From Nitrospinaceae bacterium (GTDB taxonomy: Bacteria; Nitrospinota; Nitrospinia; Nitrospinales; Nitrospinaceae): a stretch of 64,000 nt of DNA. The DNA lies in contig OZ245011.1 in assembly GCA_965223665.1 (NCBI GenBank), positions 2,592,001-2,656,000 on the forward strand, read 5' to 3'. Positions within the stretch are counted from its first letter, which is position 1. The number at the start of each line of letters is the position of its first letter. The notes beneath the pieces were generated by a model that saw nothing but the letters and a program-made list of their open reading frames with translations, did not search any database and was not told the origin of the DNA. A program made the position numbers and the translations under genes. Positions 31,671-41,272 of the stretch are shown here, in pieces.

Positions 31671-32135
31671 ATGCCGCATAAGCTAAATATTGTACTAATT
31701 GAACCCCAAATACCTTCCAATACCGGATCGATTGGAAGACTTTGTTTAGCTACTAACTCTACTCTTCATTTAGTAGAACCTCTAGGTTTTGAAATTACTG
31801 ATAGTAGATTAAAAAGAGCTGGGTTGGATTATTGGCAACATTTAAATTTAAAAATTTATCCTGACTGGAAAACGTTTTTAAATTCTCTTTCCCCAGATAC
31901 TCACAAAGTGTTTTTTTCCAAAAAGGCAAAGCCTTTATACTCTGATTTTACATTTAAAGAAGGAAGCTATTTAATTTTTGGAAAGGAAACTACCGGCTTA
32001 CCCCAACCAATGTTCGAAAAATTTCCTAACGAAATTGTTAGGATTCCTCAATACGATACGCGGGTCAGATCATTAAATTTATCTAATGTTGTTTCGATTG
32101 CAGTTTATGAAGCCTTAAGACAATTGGGATTGTAG
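31671..32135 (+). CDS. trmL: tRNA (cytidine/uridine(34)-2'-O)-methyltransferase
   Basis: PQIPSNTGSIGRLC, LKRAGLDYW, FGKETTGL, RSLNLSN (SPOUT family). Confidence 0.93.
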   Translation: MPHKLNIVLIEPQIPSNTGSIGRLCLATNSTLHLVEPLGFEITDSRLKRAGLDYWQHLNLKIYPDWKTFLNSLSPDTHKVFFSKKAKPLYSDFTFKEGSYLIFGKETTGLPQPMFEKFPNEIVRIPQYDTRVRSLNLSNVVSIAVYEALRQLGL

Positions 32136-32137
32136 TA

Positions 32138-33124
32138 TTAAGGCTCTTGAAAATTGACTCGCAATAAAATCTTTTCTCCATTTACATCAAATGGAACAAA
32201 AAATTGAGGACCAACACTTTCTGAAACCTCATCCCACTCAACCTCTCCCATTTTAGCTTTAGGCAAGCCTAATTGAAAATTTAACCCTGTCCCATTTAAA
32301 TGATTCGATGATTCATTGGAATGCACCAGTTTAAAAATTTCATTAGAATATTCTGCAATTTTTACTTTGACTATCCCGCCAATTATATTTCCCAATTCTT
32401 CCACGACCCCACAAATCATTGAAAGATCAATCTCCCCAAAAATCATTTCATAAATAGTACAAGCCACATTTTTCGGAAAATATAAAAAGATGAGTAATCT
32501 AACTTTATGCTCTTCATCTGTAAGATCGATTAGTGAACTAAAGTCCCCTTTCGCGTCACATTTCTCAATGGCTTCACCAGGATCTGCGGAAATCATATAT
32601 TGACCAAAAGATTCAACGGCTGATTCCACAAACGCAGAAATGATTTTCCCATCCACAGAACCTTGGTCATTTGTCTGAACAGGTGGTGAAGACTTTTCAT
32701 GCTTCTGTTCAAAACAAATAAATCCATTATTTTGACTTAAACCTTCAATTGCTTTTGCAAGCTCATCTTTTAAGAACGGTTTTCCTAGATATCCATTAGC
32801 TCCAAAATTATTAAACCTATCAATTAATAAGGGATATTTTTCACCACTTATTATTAACAATTTGGCATTACGGTTTTTTTCATTATCATGACTTCTAATT
32901 TTTCCAATCAGATTCTCTGTACTCACAAACTTTAAATGAATACTTGTCGTTATCAAATCAAACTCACGCAAATCTAACATCATTAATGCTTGTTGACCAT
33001 CTGTAGCCAAACAAATATTTTTTGTATCAAAACCAATTCCCATCAGAAATTGTTTGATTAAAAGTGTCATACTATTGGAATTGTCAATAACCAAAACTTT
33101 CCATTCTTCGTAGCTCTTGCTCAT
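32138..33124 (-). CDS. Atypical receiver domain fused to CheX/CheC-like phosphatase domain
   Basis: VLVIDNS...GYLGKPF; C-terminal EELGNIIGG (ExxN) and GLP. Confidence 0.7.
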   Translation of the reverse strand: MSKSYEEWKVLVIDNSNSMTLLIKQFLMGIGFDTKNICLATDGQQALMMLDLREFDLITTSIHLKFVSTENLIGKIRSHDNEKNRNAKLLIISGEKYPLLIDRFNNFGANGYLGKPFLKDELAKAIEGLSQNNGFICFEQKHEKSSPPVQTNDQGSVDGKIISAFVESAVESFGQYMISADPGEAIEKCDAKGDFSSLIDLTDEEHKVRLLIFLYFPKNVACTIYEMIFGEIDLSMICGVVEELGNIIGGIVKVKIAEYSNEIFKLVHSNESSNHLNGTGLNFQLGLPKAKMGEVEWDEVSESVGPQFFVPFDVNGEKILLRVNFQEP

Positions 33125-33300
33125 AACTTCCTGAATTATAAAGAGTTAACGTAAAATTAAAGTGGGGTAATTAAAAAATATTAATCCTCACTTAAGAGTT
33201 TTTTAATTTTAAAAAATTAAACTGGGTACACAAGTAATAGGCTTTAGGTTTCAGGATAACATAAGAAAGTTGTCTTTCAACTACAGGAGAGGAAAACAAA

Positions 33301-33774
33301 ATGAATAAAAAACTTAACAAATTAGGATTAATGCTAAAGACCAACGTTTTATTTTCTTTTATGGTGCTAACCCTCGGAATGGTTGTACTTCCAGCTTTTA
33401 GTCAAGCTGCTGGAACATGCCCCCAACCTAGAAAAACCAAATCCGCTCCCGCAAACTTGCAAAAAATGGCAATTCCAGCCAGTGCAGATGCAGCAGCAGG
33501 AAAAAAAATATTTGAAAAAACTTCAAAACCCTTGGCTTGCAAAATGTGTCATGGAGAAAAAGGAGATGGTAATGGAAAACTTGGGAAAGCCTTAAAGCCT
33601 TCTCCACGAAATTTCACATGTGAAGCAACAATGAAGAATGTTTCTGCGGGTCAAATGTTTTGGATTATTAAAAATGGTTCCAAGGGAACCGGTATGGTTG
33701 CCCATGGTAAAACCCTGAAAGATCCTGATATTTGGAATGTTGTGAAATATATCCGTACAGATTTGATGAAATAA
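33301..33774 (+). CDS. Periplasmic monoheme cytochrome c
   Basis: Signal peptide, CKMCHGEKGDG, PRNFT, GTGM distal Met. Confidence 0.9.
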   Translation: MNKKLNKLGLMLKTNVLFSFMVLTLGMVVLPAFSQAAGTCPQPRKTKSAPANLQKMAIPASADAAAGKKIFEKTSKPLACKMCHGEKGDGNGKLGKALKPSPRNFTCEATMKNVSAGQMFWIIKNGSKGTGMVAHGKTLKDPDIWNVVKYIRTDLMK

Positions 33775-33828
33775 TTTTAAGTTTGGATATCTCTATTTCC
33801 AATTTGAAAGAAGAAAGGGAGGAATACC

Positions 33829-34635
33829 ATGAAAAAACACATTTTAAAAACATTCACTTTATTTTCCATAATGTTATTGGCTGCACTGCCCGTTTATGCC
33901 AAAAAGAGTAAATACGAAGTTATTAAAGTTGAAAACGGTGGGACTTTAACAGGGATAGTAAAATTTAAAGGAGAAGTACCTCCCCCTATACTTGAGGATT
34001 TAAAAAAAGGGAAAAATTCCGAGTTTTGTTCGACTCACCCTGACGCAGGGAAGGATGGAATCCGACCCCGAACTAAAATTTCTGTAACAAATGGAAATCT
34101 TGAAGGAGCAGTGGTTCTTATAGAAACCCTTAATAAAGGAAAAGATTGGAATAACGAGCCAATTAATTTCGATTTTAAAAATTGCGATATTTTTCCAAAA
34201 GTAACAGTAGTACGAAAAACACCTAAAGGAATGAAGGAAGGTCTTGTACTAATTAAAAACCATGACCCGGATATCCTGCATAATCCTCACGGATATTCCA
34301 AAGTAGGTGCAAATGCTAAAACTCTTTTTAATAAACCCCTTCCAAGCAAAGGGGACGTTGCAGATGTCACAAAAAGTTTAAAAAGGTTTAAAGCAAAAAA
34401 AGACAAACATTTTTTCCTGCAATGTGATCAACACAATTTTATGGAAGCTGATGCTCGAATTGTTTATAACCCATATTATTCTGTCACAGGGAAAGATGGA
34501 GTTTTTAATTTAGATCAAATTCCTGCAGGTAACTATAAAATTACGGCTTGGCATCCTTATCTAGGCCAAGTAACTCAGGAAGTCGAAGTTCCAGCAGGTG
34601 GAAACTCAAAAGTTACGTTTGAGCTTTCAAAATAA
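33829..34635 (+). CDS. Exported cupredoxin-like / carboxypeptidase-regulatory-like domain protein
   Basis: Signal peptide; GGTLTGIVKF, LHNPH, CDQHNFM, IPAGNYKITAWHP. Confidence 0.7.
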   Translation: MKKHILKTFTLFSIMLLAALPVYAKKSKYEVIKVENGGTLTGIVKFKGEVPPPILEDLKKGKNSEFCSTHPDAGKDGIRPRTKISVTNGNLEGAVVLIETLNKGKDWNNEPINFDFKNCDIFPKVTVVRKTPKGMKEGLVLIKNHDPDILHNPHGYSKVGANAKTLFNKPLPSKGDVADVTKSLKRFKAKKDKHFFLQCDQHNFMEADARIVYNPYYSVTGKDGVFNLDQIPAGNYKITAWHPYLGQVTQEVEVPAGGNSKVTFELSK

Positions 34636-34658
34636 AAGCCTAACCTCCCATTAGGTCG

Positions 34659-34690
34659 GCGTCGGAGTGAAAACTCCGACGCTTTTTTTT
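34659..34690 (+). terminator. Rho-independent terminator
   Basis: gcgtcggagt-gaaa-actccgacgc followed by T8. Confidence 0.93.
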
Positions 34691-34790
34691 ACAAAATAAC
34701 TTCCCTATCCCTCTCGCAGGAATCTTATTGAATTCCTTAATTTTTAAATGTATAAACGAAACTTATGTCAATCCCTCGGGATGGGAGATT

Positions 34791-36374
34791 ATGGCTCAAA
34801 AGTTTTTAAGTAAAATTGGAACCTTAGTATTTTCTTTATTGGGAGTTGCCGTATTATTTTTTTCTTCCTGCCAAGAATCAAAAGAAACTCCCAAACCAAC
34901 TTCCAATTCAAAACAAATCCACCAAGCTCAAGACTTATTTCTTAATTTCATCAAAGAAGGCAATATTAAAAAGATTCAACAGGCATTAAACTCTGATCCT
35001 CCACTTAATCAAAATACATTAAACGAAAGCCTCCTCCTATCACTGGATTCCAATCAAACCGATACTGCAAACTTATTGTTAGATCATAAAGCTGATCCCA
35101 ATGCAAAAGATGAAGAAGGATTTACAGCTCTGATGGAGGCAGCCTTACATGGTGATTTAAAAATGGTTCAACGGTTACTTCAATTAGGTGCAGACATAAA
35201 AGCTATAGATAATGAAGGGAGAACGTTATTAATGTGTGCAGCTTCCGGAGGAAACCTTGAGATAGTCAATATCCTTCTCGAAAAAGGAGTAGATGTTAAT
35301 ACTCAAGATCAATATGGTTTTACAAGCTTAATGTGGGCTTCGGCTGCCAATCAATTTGCTATTGTAGATACATTGATTAACCATAATACGAAAATACAAA
35401 TTAAAAGTAACAATGGCTATACAGCATTATGGCTGGCCGCCATCCGGGGAAATAAAAAAATCGTTAATTTACTCTTAGAAAAAGGTGCTAAGGCTGATAT
35501 CCAAAATCAAGATGGGTTGTCTTTATTAATGGATCTTGCAGTAGGCGGCGAAGTTGAAATTGTAAAATCTTTACTGGAACATGGTGCAGATGCAAATTCT
35601 AAAGATAATTTTGGCCGCACTCCACTCATTGACATCGCTTATCGCGGAGAAATTGATAGAGTTAAATTACTTCTTGAATATGGTGCAGATGTAAATGAAA
35701 AGGATGGAGAAGGATTAACCGCTTTAATGGCTGCTGTAGGTAGAGGAAATAGTGAAATTGTAAAGCTTTTGCTGGACAAAAAATCTGATCCCAACGCAAA
35801 AGACCAATTAGGAAGAACCCCGTTAATGGATGCAGTGCAAGGAGGGCAATTTGAAATTGCCCAATTGCTTTTACAATACAAAGCAGATGTTAATGTTAAA
35901 GATCAAAATGACATCACTCCCTTAAAAGTAGCCGCAGCTAGAGGGAATTTAAATATAGTTAAATTGCTATTAGACCATGGTGCAATGTATCAATCTTCCA
36001 AAGCAGAAGGTTTTACCGCTCTCACCAGTGCTGCCTTTGGTGGAAATCCTGACGTCGTTCAACTCTTTCTGAATAAAGGTGTGGATATCAATGAAAAAGA
36101 CAACCGTGGTTTAACCCCATTAATTAGCGCATCGTTTGGTAACAATTTAGACATTGTAAAAATGTTATTGGATAAAAAAGCGGAAGTCAACGCAACAACT
36201 AATAACGGTTGGACTGCTCTTATGAGCGCTGCTTTTAGTGGAAACGAAAAAATTGTAAAGTTATTACTTCAGAACGGCGCTGACGTAAAAGCAAAAACGC
36301 AAGATGGATGGGATGCAAAAAAAAGTGCTGAAATGGGTGGACATAAAAAAATCTTGCAACTTCTAAAAGGCTAA
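34791..36374 (+). CDS. Ankyrin-repeat lipoprotein (ORF track start 34728)
   Basis: GGGAG RBS before ATG 34791; lipobox-like FSSC; 12 clear ankyrin repeats plus degenerate ends. Confidence 0.9.
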   Translation: MAQKFLSKIGTLVFSLLGVAVLFFSSCQESKETPKPTSNSKQIHQAQDLFLNFIKEGNIKKIQQALNSDPPLNQNTLNESLLLSLDSNQTDTANLLLDHKADPNAKDEEGFTALMEAALHGDLKMVQRLLQLGADIKAIDNEGRTLLMCAASGGNLEIVNILLEKGVDVNTQDQYGFTSLMWASAANQFAIVDTLINHNTKIQIKSNNGYTALWLAAIRGNKKIVNLLLEKGAKADIQNQDGLSLLMDLAVGGEVEIVKSLLEHGADANSKDNFGRTPLIDIAYRGEIDRVKLLLEYGADVNEKDGEGLTALMAAVGRGNSEIVKLLLDKKSDPNAKDQLGRTPLMDAVQGGQFEIAQLLLQYKADVNVKDQNDITPLKVAAARGNLNIVKLLLDHGAMYQSSKAEGFTALTSAAFGGNPDVVQLFLNKGVDINEKDNRGLTPLISASFGNNLDIVKMLLDKKAEVNATTNNGWTALMSAAFSGNEKIVKLLLQNGADVKAKTQDGWDAKKSAEMGGHKKILQLLKG

Positions 36375-36437
36375 TGACAACATTTAAAACTTTTTTAAAC
36401 AAGTTATTCCAAAAATATTATTGGTAAAAAAATTAAA

Positions 36438-37493
36438 CTAACTCAACAACACCTGATTTTTACCATTTGATTTAGCTCTTAATAAAGCAGCATCGGCTCT
36501 TTTGAATAGAGACAATTCGTTATCGCCTTCTTTAATTTCAGCTATCCCAACACTCACTGTAATTTGGACACGTTTTTCCTTATCCGCATAAACATCATTC
36601 ACTAAATGAGTGCGAACATTATCAATGCGAGCACGAAACCTTTCAGCAACGGCTTGAGCATCTTTTATTTTGGCCTTATTGAAAATTACCGCAAACTCCT
36701 CCCCTCCATATCGAAACACAACATCATTTTCTCTTATTGAAGATCGAATTATATTGGCAATAGAAATCAAAGCATTGTCTCCAGCATCGTGACCATACTT
36801 ATCATTAATGCTCTTAAAATTATCAATATCAATAACTCCAAGGCAAGCAGGTTCCTTTAATCTATTGAAGTGGTTGACCATTTGAGATATTTTCATATCA
36901 TATGCTGCTCGGTTTAATACTTTTGTCAGCGCATCAATAATTACCCTCGCCTCAGATTCCTTTAAACGTTTATTAAGTTCCTCACTTAGTTTCTGGGATT
37001 TTATTAATTGATTTTGAACAGTAGCAAACCCTTGCTTTACGGATCTGGTTTTTTCCAATATTTTCTTTTTAAGTGCCCGGATATCTTTTAAGTCGTCGGT
37101 TTGCTCCATTTCCTGAATAAACCCGTCAAGTTCATTATCAAATGCTCCTGTAGGTTGAGCAATTTCTTTAATACTTACTGTCAATTCACGTACTACATCA
37201 ACCAAGTTTTCTTTTTCTAAGAGACGGAAATCATCTTCTATTTTCTTGTTATCAAAATATTCAGAGACTTCTTTATGCAAACCGGTGGGTTCTTTTTCCT
37301 CAAGAGTTTTCTCAATGACTCGGTTTAATTCTCCTAACTTTCCTGAAAGGCTTTGCTTCTCTCCTAAAAGCTGGATTATACCGTTTGTAAAAGCAATAAC
37401 TATTCGGGACAAACGCTCGACATAGTCCACCGAAACCAATTGACCGCCGGGCAATTTGATTTTGTCATTCATTGTTTGAACTTCTCTAACCAT
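36438..37493 (-). CDS. Diguanylate cyclase (GGDEF) with coiled-coil N-terminus
   Basis: DALTKVLNR, DIDNFKSINDKYGH, RYGGEEF. Confidence 0.93.
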   Translation of the reverse strand: MVREVQTMNDKIKLPGGQLVSVDYVERLSRIVIAFTNGIIQLLGEKQSLSGKLGELNRVIEKTLEEKEPTGLHKEVSEYFDNKKIEDDFRLLEKENLVDVVRELTVSIKEIAQPTGAFDNELDGFIQEMEQTDDLKDIRALKKKILEKTRSVKQGFATVQNQLIKSQKLSEELNKRLKESEARVIIDALTKVLNRAAYDMKISQMVNHFNRLKEPACLGVIDIDNFKSINDKYGHDAGDNALISIANIIRSSIRENDVVFRYGGEEFAVIFNKAKIKDAQAVAERFRARIDNVRTHLVNDVYADKEKRVQITVSVGIAEIKEGDNELSLFKRADAALLRAKSNGKNQVLLS

Positions 37494-37584
37494 TTAATTT
37501 TATAAAAGTTATTTTAAAAGGGTCTTTAAAATTGTAACAAAATTTGGGGAGAGGCGGAATATTTCTAATATTAATTTTTGGGGG

Positions 37585-38313
37585 TTACTTCATCGAACTC
37601 TGGGCACAACGAAAACCAAAGTTAGAATTTCTCACATCCGGCGCTGACCAATACCGAGTTACAGAGGTAATATGTTTAATACTGGAATACCAAGATCCTC
37701 CTCTTAAAACCTTATCTTGGCCATTTTCAGGACCTTTTGGGTTTTTTAAGGGGCTCTTTTCATAATACTTTCTATCATACCAATCAGCATTCCATTCCCA
37801 AACATTTCCGGCCATATCATAAAGTCCAAATGAATTTGGAAGTTTTTTGGCAACAGGATGAGTTTGGTCATCTGCATTATCATCAAACCAGGCGTAATCA
37901 CCAGGTTCATTTTTTCCCCAATAGTGCAGAGTCACCGAACCTCCTCGAATAGCCTTTTCCCATTCGGCTTCCGTGGGTAGACGCTTTCCTATTTTTGAAC
38001 AATAAGCTTTTGCTTCAAACCAGGTAACTTGATCAACCGGTAAATCAGGGTTTTGAAATTTTGATGGATTGTCCTTCATTATTTTTACATATTCCGCTTG
38101 GGTCACTTCATGTATATCAATAAAATAGGAATCTAAAAATACATTATGAGGAGTTTTATTGCTAACTCCTTCCCACCCCATAATAAATTCTCCTGAGGGT
38201 ATTTTAACCATGTTGTCTGGGGTAGCCGACCAAGATACCCCTAAATTAAAGAAAAAGATGAAAAAGAAAATAACTGAAAACTTTTTCACTGTATTAAAAA
38301 AAAATAAATTCAT
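37585..38313 (-). CDS. FGE-sulfatase (SUMF1/EgtB/PvdO) domain protein
   Basis: RLPTEAEWEKA, GLYDMAGNVWEW, RGGSW, GFRCA; signal peptide. Confidence 0.9.
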   Translation of the reverse strand: MNLFFFNTVKKFSVIFFFIFFFNLGVSWSATPDNMVKIPSGEFIMGWEGVSNKTPHNVFLDSYFIDIHEVTQAEYVKIMKDNPSKFQNPDLPVDQVTWFEAKAYCSKIGKRLPTEAEWEKAIRGGSVTLHYWGKNEPGDYAWFDDNADDQTHPVAKKLPNSFGLYDMAGNVWEWNADWYDRKYYEKSPLKNPKGPENGQDKVLRGGSWYSSIKHITSVTRYWSAPDVRNSNFGFRCAQSSMK

Positions 38314-38436
38314 GACTTACTTATCCAATCCTTCTTAGAGGTCAATTTAAATTGAAAAAATCTTGGCCTAATTTTGATGAAAGCTATAATATCATAGTCT
38401 TTTAAAAATAATACTCACTCAAATTATGGAAACACA

Positions 38437-38817
38437 TTGAGCTTTTGGAATTTATTCAAAAATAAAAAATTAAAAGAACTTGAAGAAGCTGTTAGTAAAA
38501 ATCCACTGGACCCAAAAGTCCATTTTGAATTAGGAAATGAACTGGAACTTGCCGGGAAGTATCAGGAAGCGATCAAATCGTTTAAAGAAACCATTCGATT
38601 GCACCCTACATCTGCCGAGGCCCATTTTAATTTAGGGATACTTTTTGCCCAATTAGAGGATGGAAGAGAAGCCATTAAACACATGGTACAAGCGGGAAAT
38701 TTATTTTCCCAAAGAAAGAATACCTCTGACCAGGAAAAAGCCAGGAAAAAACTCCGTGAACTTCACAATAAGTTCCCTGAGGCTTTAAAAAAAAATGAAC
38801 CGAAAAATTCCCCCTAA
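38437..38817 (+). CDS. TPR repeat protein
   Basis: VHFELGNEL..., AEAHFNLGILF. Confidence 0.8.
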   Translation: MSFWNLFKNKKLKELEEAVSKNPLDPKVHFELGNELELAGKYQEAIKSFKETIRLHPTSAEAHFNLGILFAQLEDGREAIKHMVQAGNLFSQRKNTSDQEKARKKLRELHNKFPEALKKNEPKNSP

Positions 38818-38954
38818 AAATCCCGAAAATTCAATTCCTCACCAATTCAAGTTCTTAATTTAAGATTTATTTTTTTAAAATCAATTTTTTGAACTAAACT
38901 GTAAACCTGATAAACTTTTATTCAACAAATAATAATTTTGTCTAAAGTAAAAGA

Positions 38955-40490
38955 ATGAATGTTTGCCTAATTGAGCCTTCTAAGTTTGTTTCTTTAACAA
39001 ATTTTGTTTCAACTATTAGTATGCCACCCATTGGCCTGGCCTATATTGCATCCGCAGTCCGGGAAGCCGGGCACAAGGTAACGGTGATAGATAGCCCTGG
39101 TTCAGCTCCTCGAAAATATACTCCTTTTCGCGAAGTTAGGCTTCGTGGTTTATCTAATTCTGAAATTATTGAAAGAATTCCTAAAGATTGTCAGGTCATT
39201 GGACTAAGCTGCATGTTCACCTCAAATTGGGTTTATGTTAGAGAATTAATCAGAGAAATTCGTAATAATTTTCCAGATCAAAAACTAATTATGGGAGGGG
39301 AACATGTCACAGGATTTCCTGAGTTTTCATTACAACAGGCTCCTCTAGACTTGGTCATAATGGGTGAAGGAGAAGAAACAATTGTTAAAGTTCTCAGTTG
39401 TTGGGAACAAAACAATCCAGTAGATGATTTAAAGGGAATTGCTTTTAGAAAACCCGATGGGAAAGTTCAAATAAATTCTCGTCATGACAGAATTAAGGAA
39501 ATTGACGAAATACCCTGGCCTGCTTGGGACTTATTCGATATTGATTCTTACAACGAAGTAAACCAACCTCATGGTTCCTCCCAAGGAAAATTTATGCCAA
39601 TGCTAGCGACAAGAGGTTGCCCTTTCCAATGCACCTTTTGCACTAGTCCAAATATGTGGACTACAGCTTGGATTCCAAGAAACCATAAGTTAGTAGTTGA
39701 TGAAATGGAACATTACTATCAAAAATATGGAGTCACTGATTTCCAATTTGAAGATCTCACTGCAATCGTCAGAAAAGATTGGATCCAAAACTTTTGTGAC
39801 GAAATAATTGATAGGAAGCTTAACTTTACTTTTCAAATGCCCTCTGGAACACGTAGTGAATCCATAGATTTTGAAGTCGCCAAAAAACTTAAAGCCGCTG
39901 GGTGTCATGAGTTTGCGTTTGCGCCTGAATCGGGAGATCCTAAAGTCCTTAAAGCCATTAAAAAGAAGGTTGACCTTCCCGCTATGTACAAAGCAGCAGA
40001 TGCTGCTCTCAAAGCGGGTATCAATGTGGGATGTTTTTTTATAATTGGTTTTCCTGAGGATACCTATAGGAGTGTGATAAAAACTTTTGGAGCTATGATA
40101 AAGTGTGCTTGGAAAGGTTTCACGAATGTAAATCTTAACGGCTACTCTCCACAACCCAATACGGAATCTTTTAATTCTCTCCAAAAAGATGGAGTCATCA
40201 GAAATTTAGACGACAATTATTTAATGAGTTTATTTACTTTCCAGGATTTTGGGGCAAAAAAAACTTCCTACAACAAAAAGTTTGGGGACCGCGAACTTTC
40301 TTTTTTGGTTATTTTCGGGCAAAGCTTGTTCTACATTTTTTACTTTATTAGAAAACCCAAACGCATTTTCCTATTAATTCGCGATCTTTTTTCAGAATCT
40401 TCCAGTAATAAAAGTAATAAAATGGCAAAGTCTGCATTAAAAGATGCTTTTACAATTATCAAAGCCAGGTTAATGAAACCAATCTCATAA
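38955..40490 (+). CDS. Cobalamin-binding radical SAM enzyme
   Basis: PPIGLAYIAS, MGGEHVT, GEGE, TRGCPFQCTFC (CxxxCxxC). Confidence 0.9.
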   Translation: MNVCLIEPSKFVSLTNFVSTISMPPIGLAYIASAVREAGHKVTVIDSPGSAPRKYTPFREVRLRGLSNSEIIERIPKDCQVIGLSCMFTSNWVYVRELIREIRNNFPDQKLIMGGEHVTGFPEFSLQQAPLDLVIMGEGEETIVKVLSCWEQNNPVDDLKGIAFRKPDGKVQINSRHDRIKEIDEIPWPAWDLFDIDSYNEVNQPHGSSQGKFMPMLATRGCPFQCTFCTSPNMWTTAWIPRNHKLVVDEMEHYYQKYGVTDFQFEDLTAIVRKDWIQNFCDEIIDRKLNFTFQMPSGTRSESIDFEVAKKLKAAGCHEFAFAPESGDPKVLKAIKKKVDLPAMYKAADAALKAGINVGCFFIIGFPEDTYRSVIKTFGAMIKCAWKGFTNVNLNGYSPQPNTESFNSLQKDGVIRNLDDNYLMSLFTFQDFGAKKTSYNKKFGDRELSFLVIFGQSLFYIFYFIRKPKRIFLLIRDLFSESSSNKSNKMAKSALKDAFTIIKARLMKPIS

Positions 40491-40509
40491 AAGTTTCATA
40501 AAGAAATAA

Positions 40510-41190
40510 TTACTTTTTAGCGACTAAAAATGACTGTTTTCCCATAATCTGCCAGGCAAGAGGAAACTTAAGATAAAGCTTAACCAATAAAGGGTGCTGA
40601 GGAATTTTGCTTTTGGTGGTAAAGGGTAAAAACCGGTCAATCACCTTTTCAATTGAAAAACTTTTTGCTTCTAAGCCTTCTATAAGACTTTTTTCAGTTA
40701 AAGGGACGTGATGATCAAAAAAATCCCAATATTCAAATTTACAATAACGTATATTTGGTTGCAGAATTAAAAATTTTCCCCCTGGTCTTAGCAAGCGGTG
40801 TACCTCTCCAAAGGTTTGGAATACTTCCTCCTTATTTTTCAAATGCTCTAAAAAATTACTGCAAAATACAATGTCCAGGGATTGTTCTGGTAAAACTGAA
40901 ATATCTGTAGATCCCAAGTGATATACTTTGACATCCGGTTCAGCAAAATGGGGAGTGTCCTTATTTAAATCTATTGCAAATTTATTTTTACACTTTATAT
41001 TGTTGATGAAATCGCAGTATCCAGCTCCTAAATCCAACACGTCGCTGTCAAGGGGAACGAATTGTTGAAAAAAGTCCGGACATAATACTTGCCAAATTTT
41101 GGTTTTAGCAGAAACTTCTTTATTGCTAAATCGACCTTGATATATTTTTTCTAAAGTTGAATTTAATTGATCTTTTTCTAAATTCTTCAT
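40510..41190 (-). CDS. Class I SAM-dependent methyltransferase
   Basis: VLDLGAG, SNFLEHL, LLRPGG. Confidence 0.88.
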   Translation of the reverse strand: MKNLEKDQLNSTLEKIYQGRFSNKEVSAKTKIWQVLCPDFFQQFVPLDSDVLDLGAGYCDFINNIKCKNKFAIDLNKDTPHFAEPDVKVYHLGSTDISVLPEQSLDIVFCSNFLEHLKNKEEVFQTFGEVHRLLRPGGKFLILQPNIRYCKFEYWDFFDHHVPLTEKSLIEGLEAKSFSIEKVIDRFLPFTTKSKIPQHPLLVKLYLKFPLAWQIMGKQSFLVAKK

Positions 41191-41272
41191 TTTTCAATTT
41201 CTAATTTTTAAAATTTATTTTTGAATCAAGTTTAAACTAAAAATTGTTTAATTAAAATTTTAAATAAAAATT

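Noticed and set aside
34791-36374. Ankyrin repeats as a DNA repeat element or host-directed effector
   Set aside because: Repeats are diverged at the DNA level and nothing indicates host targeting; ordinary ankyrin lipoprotein
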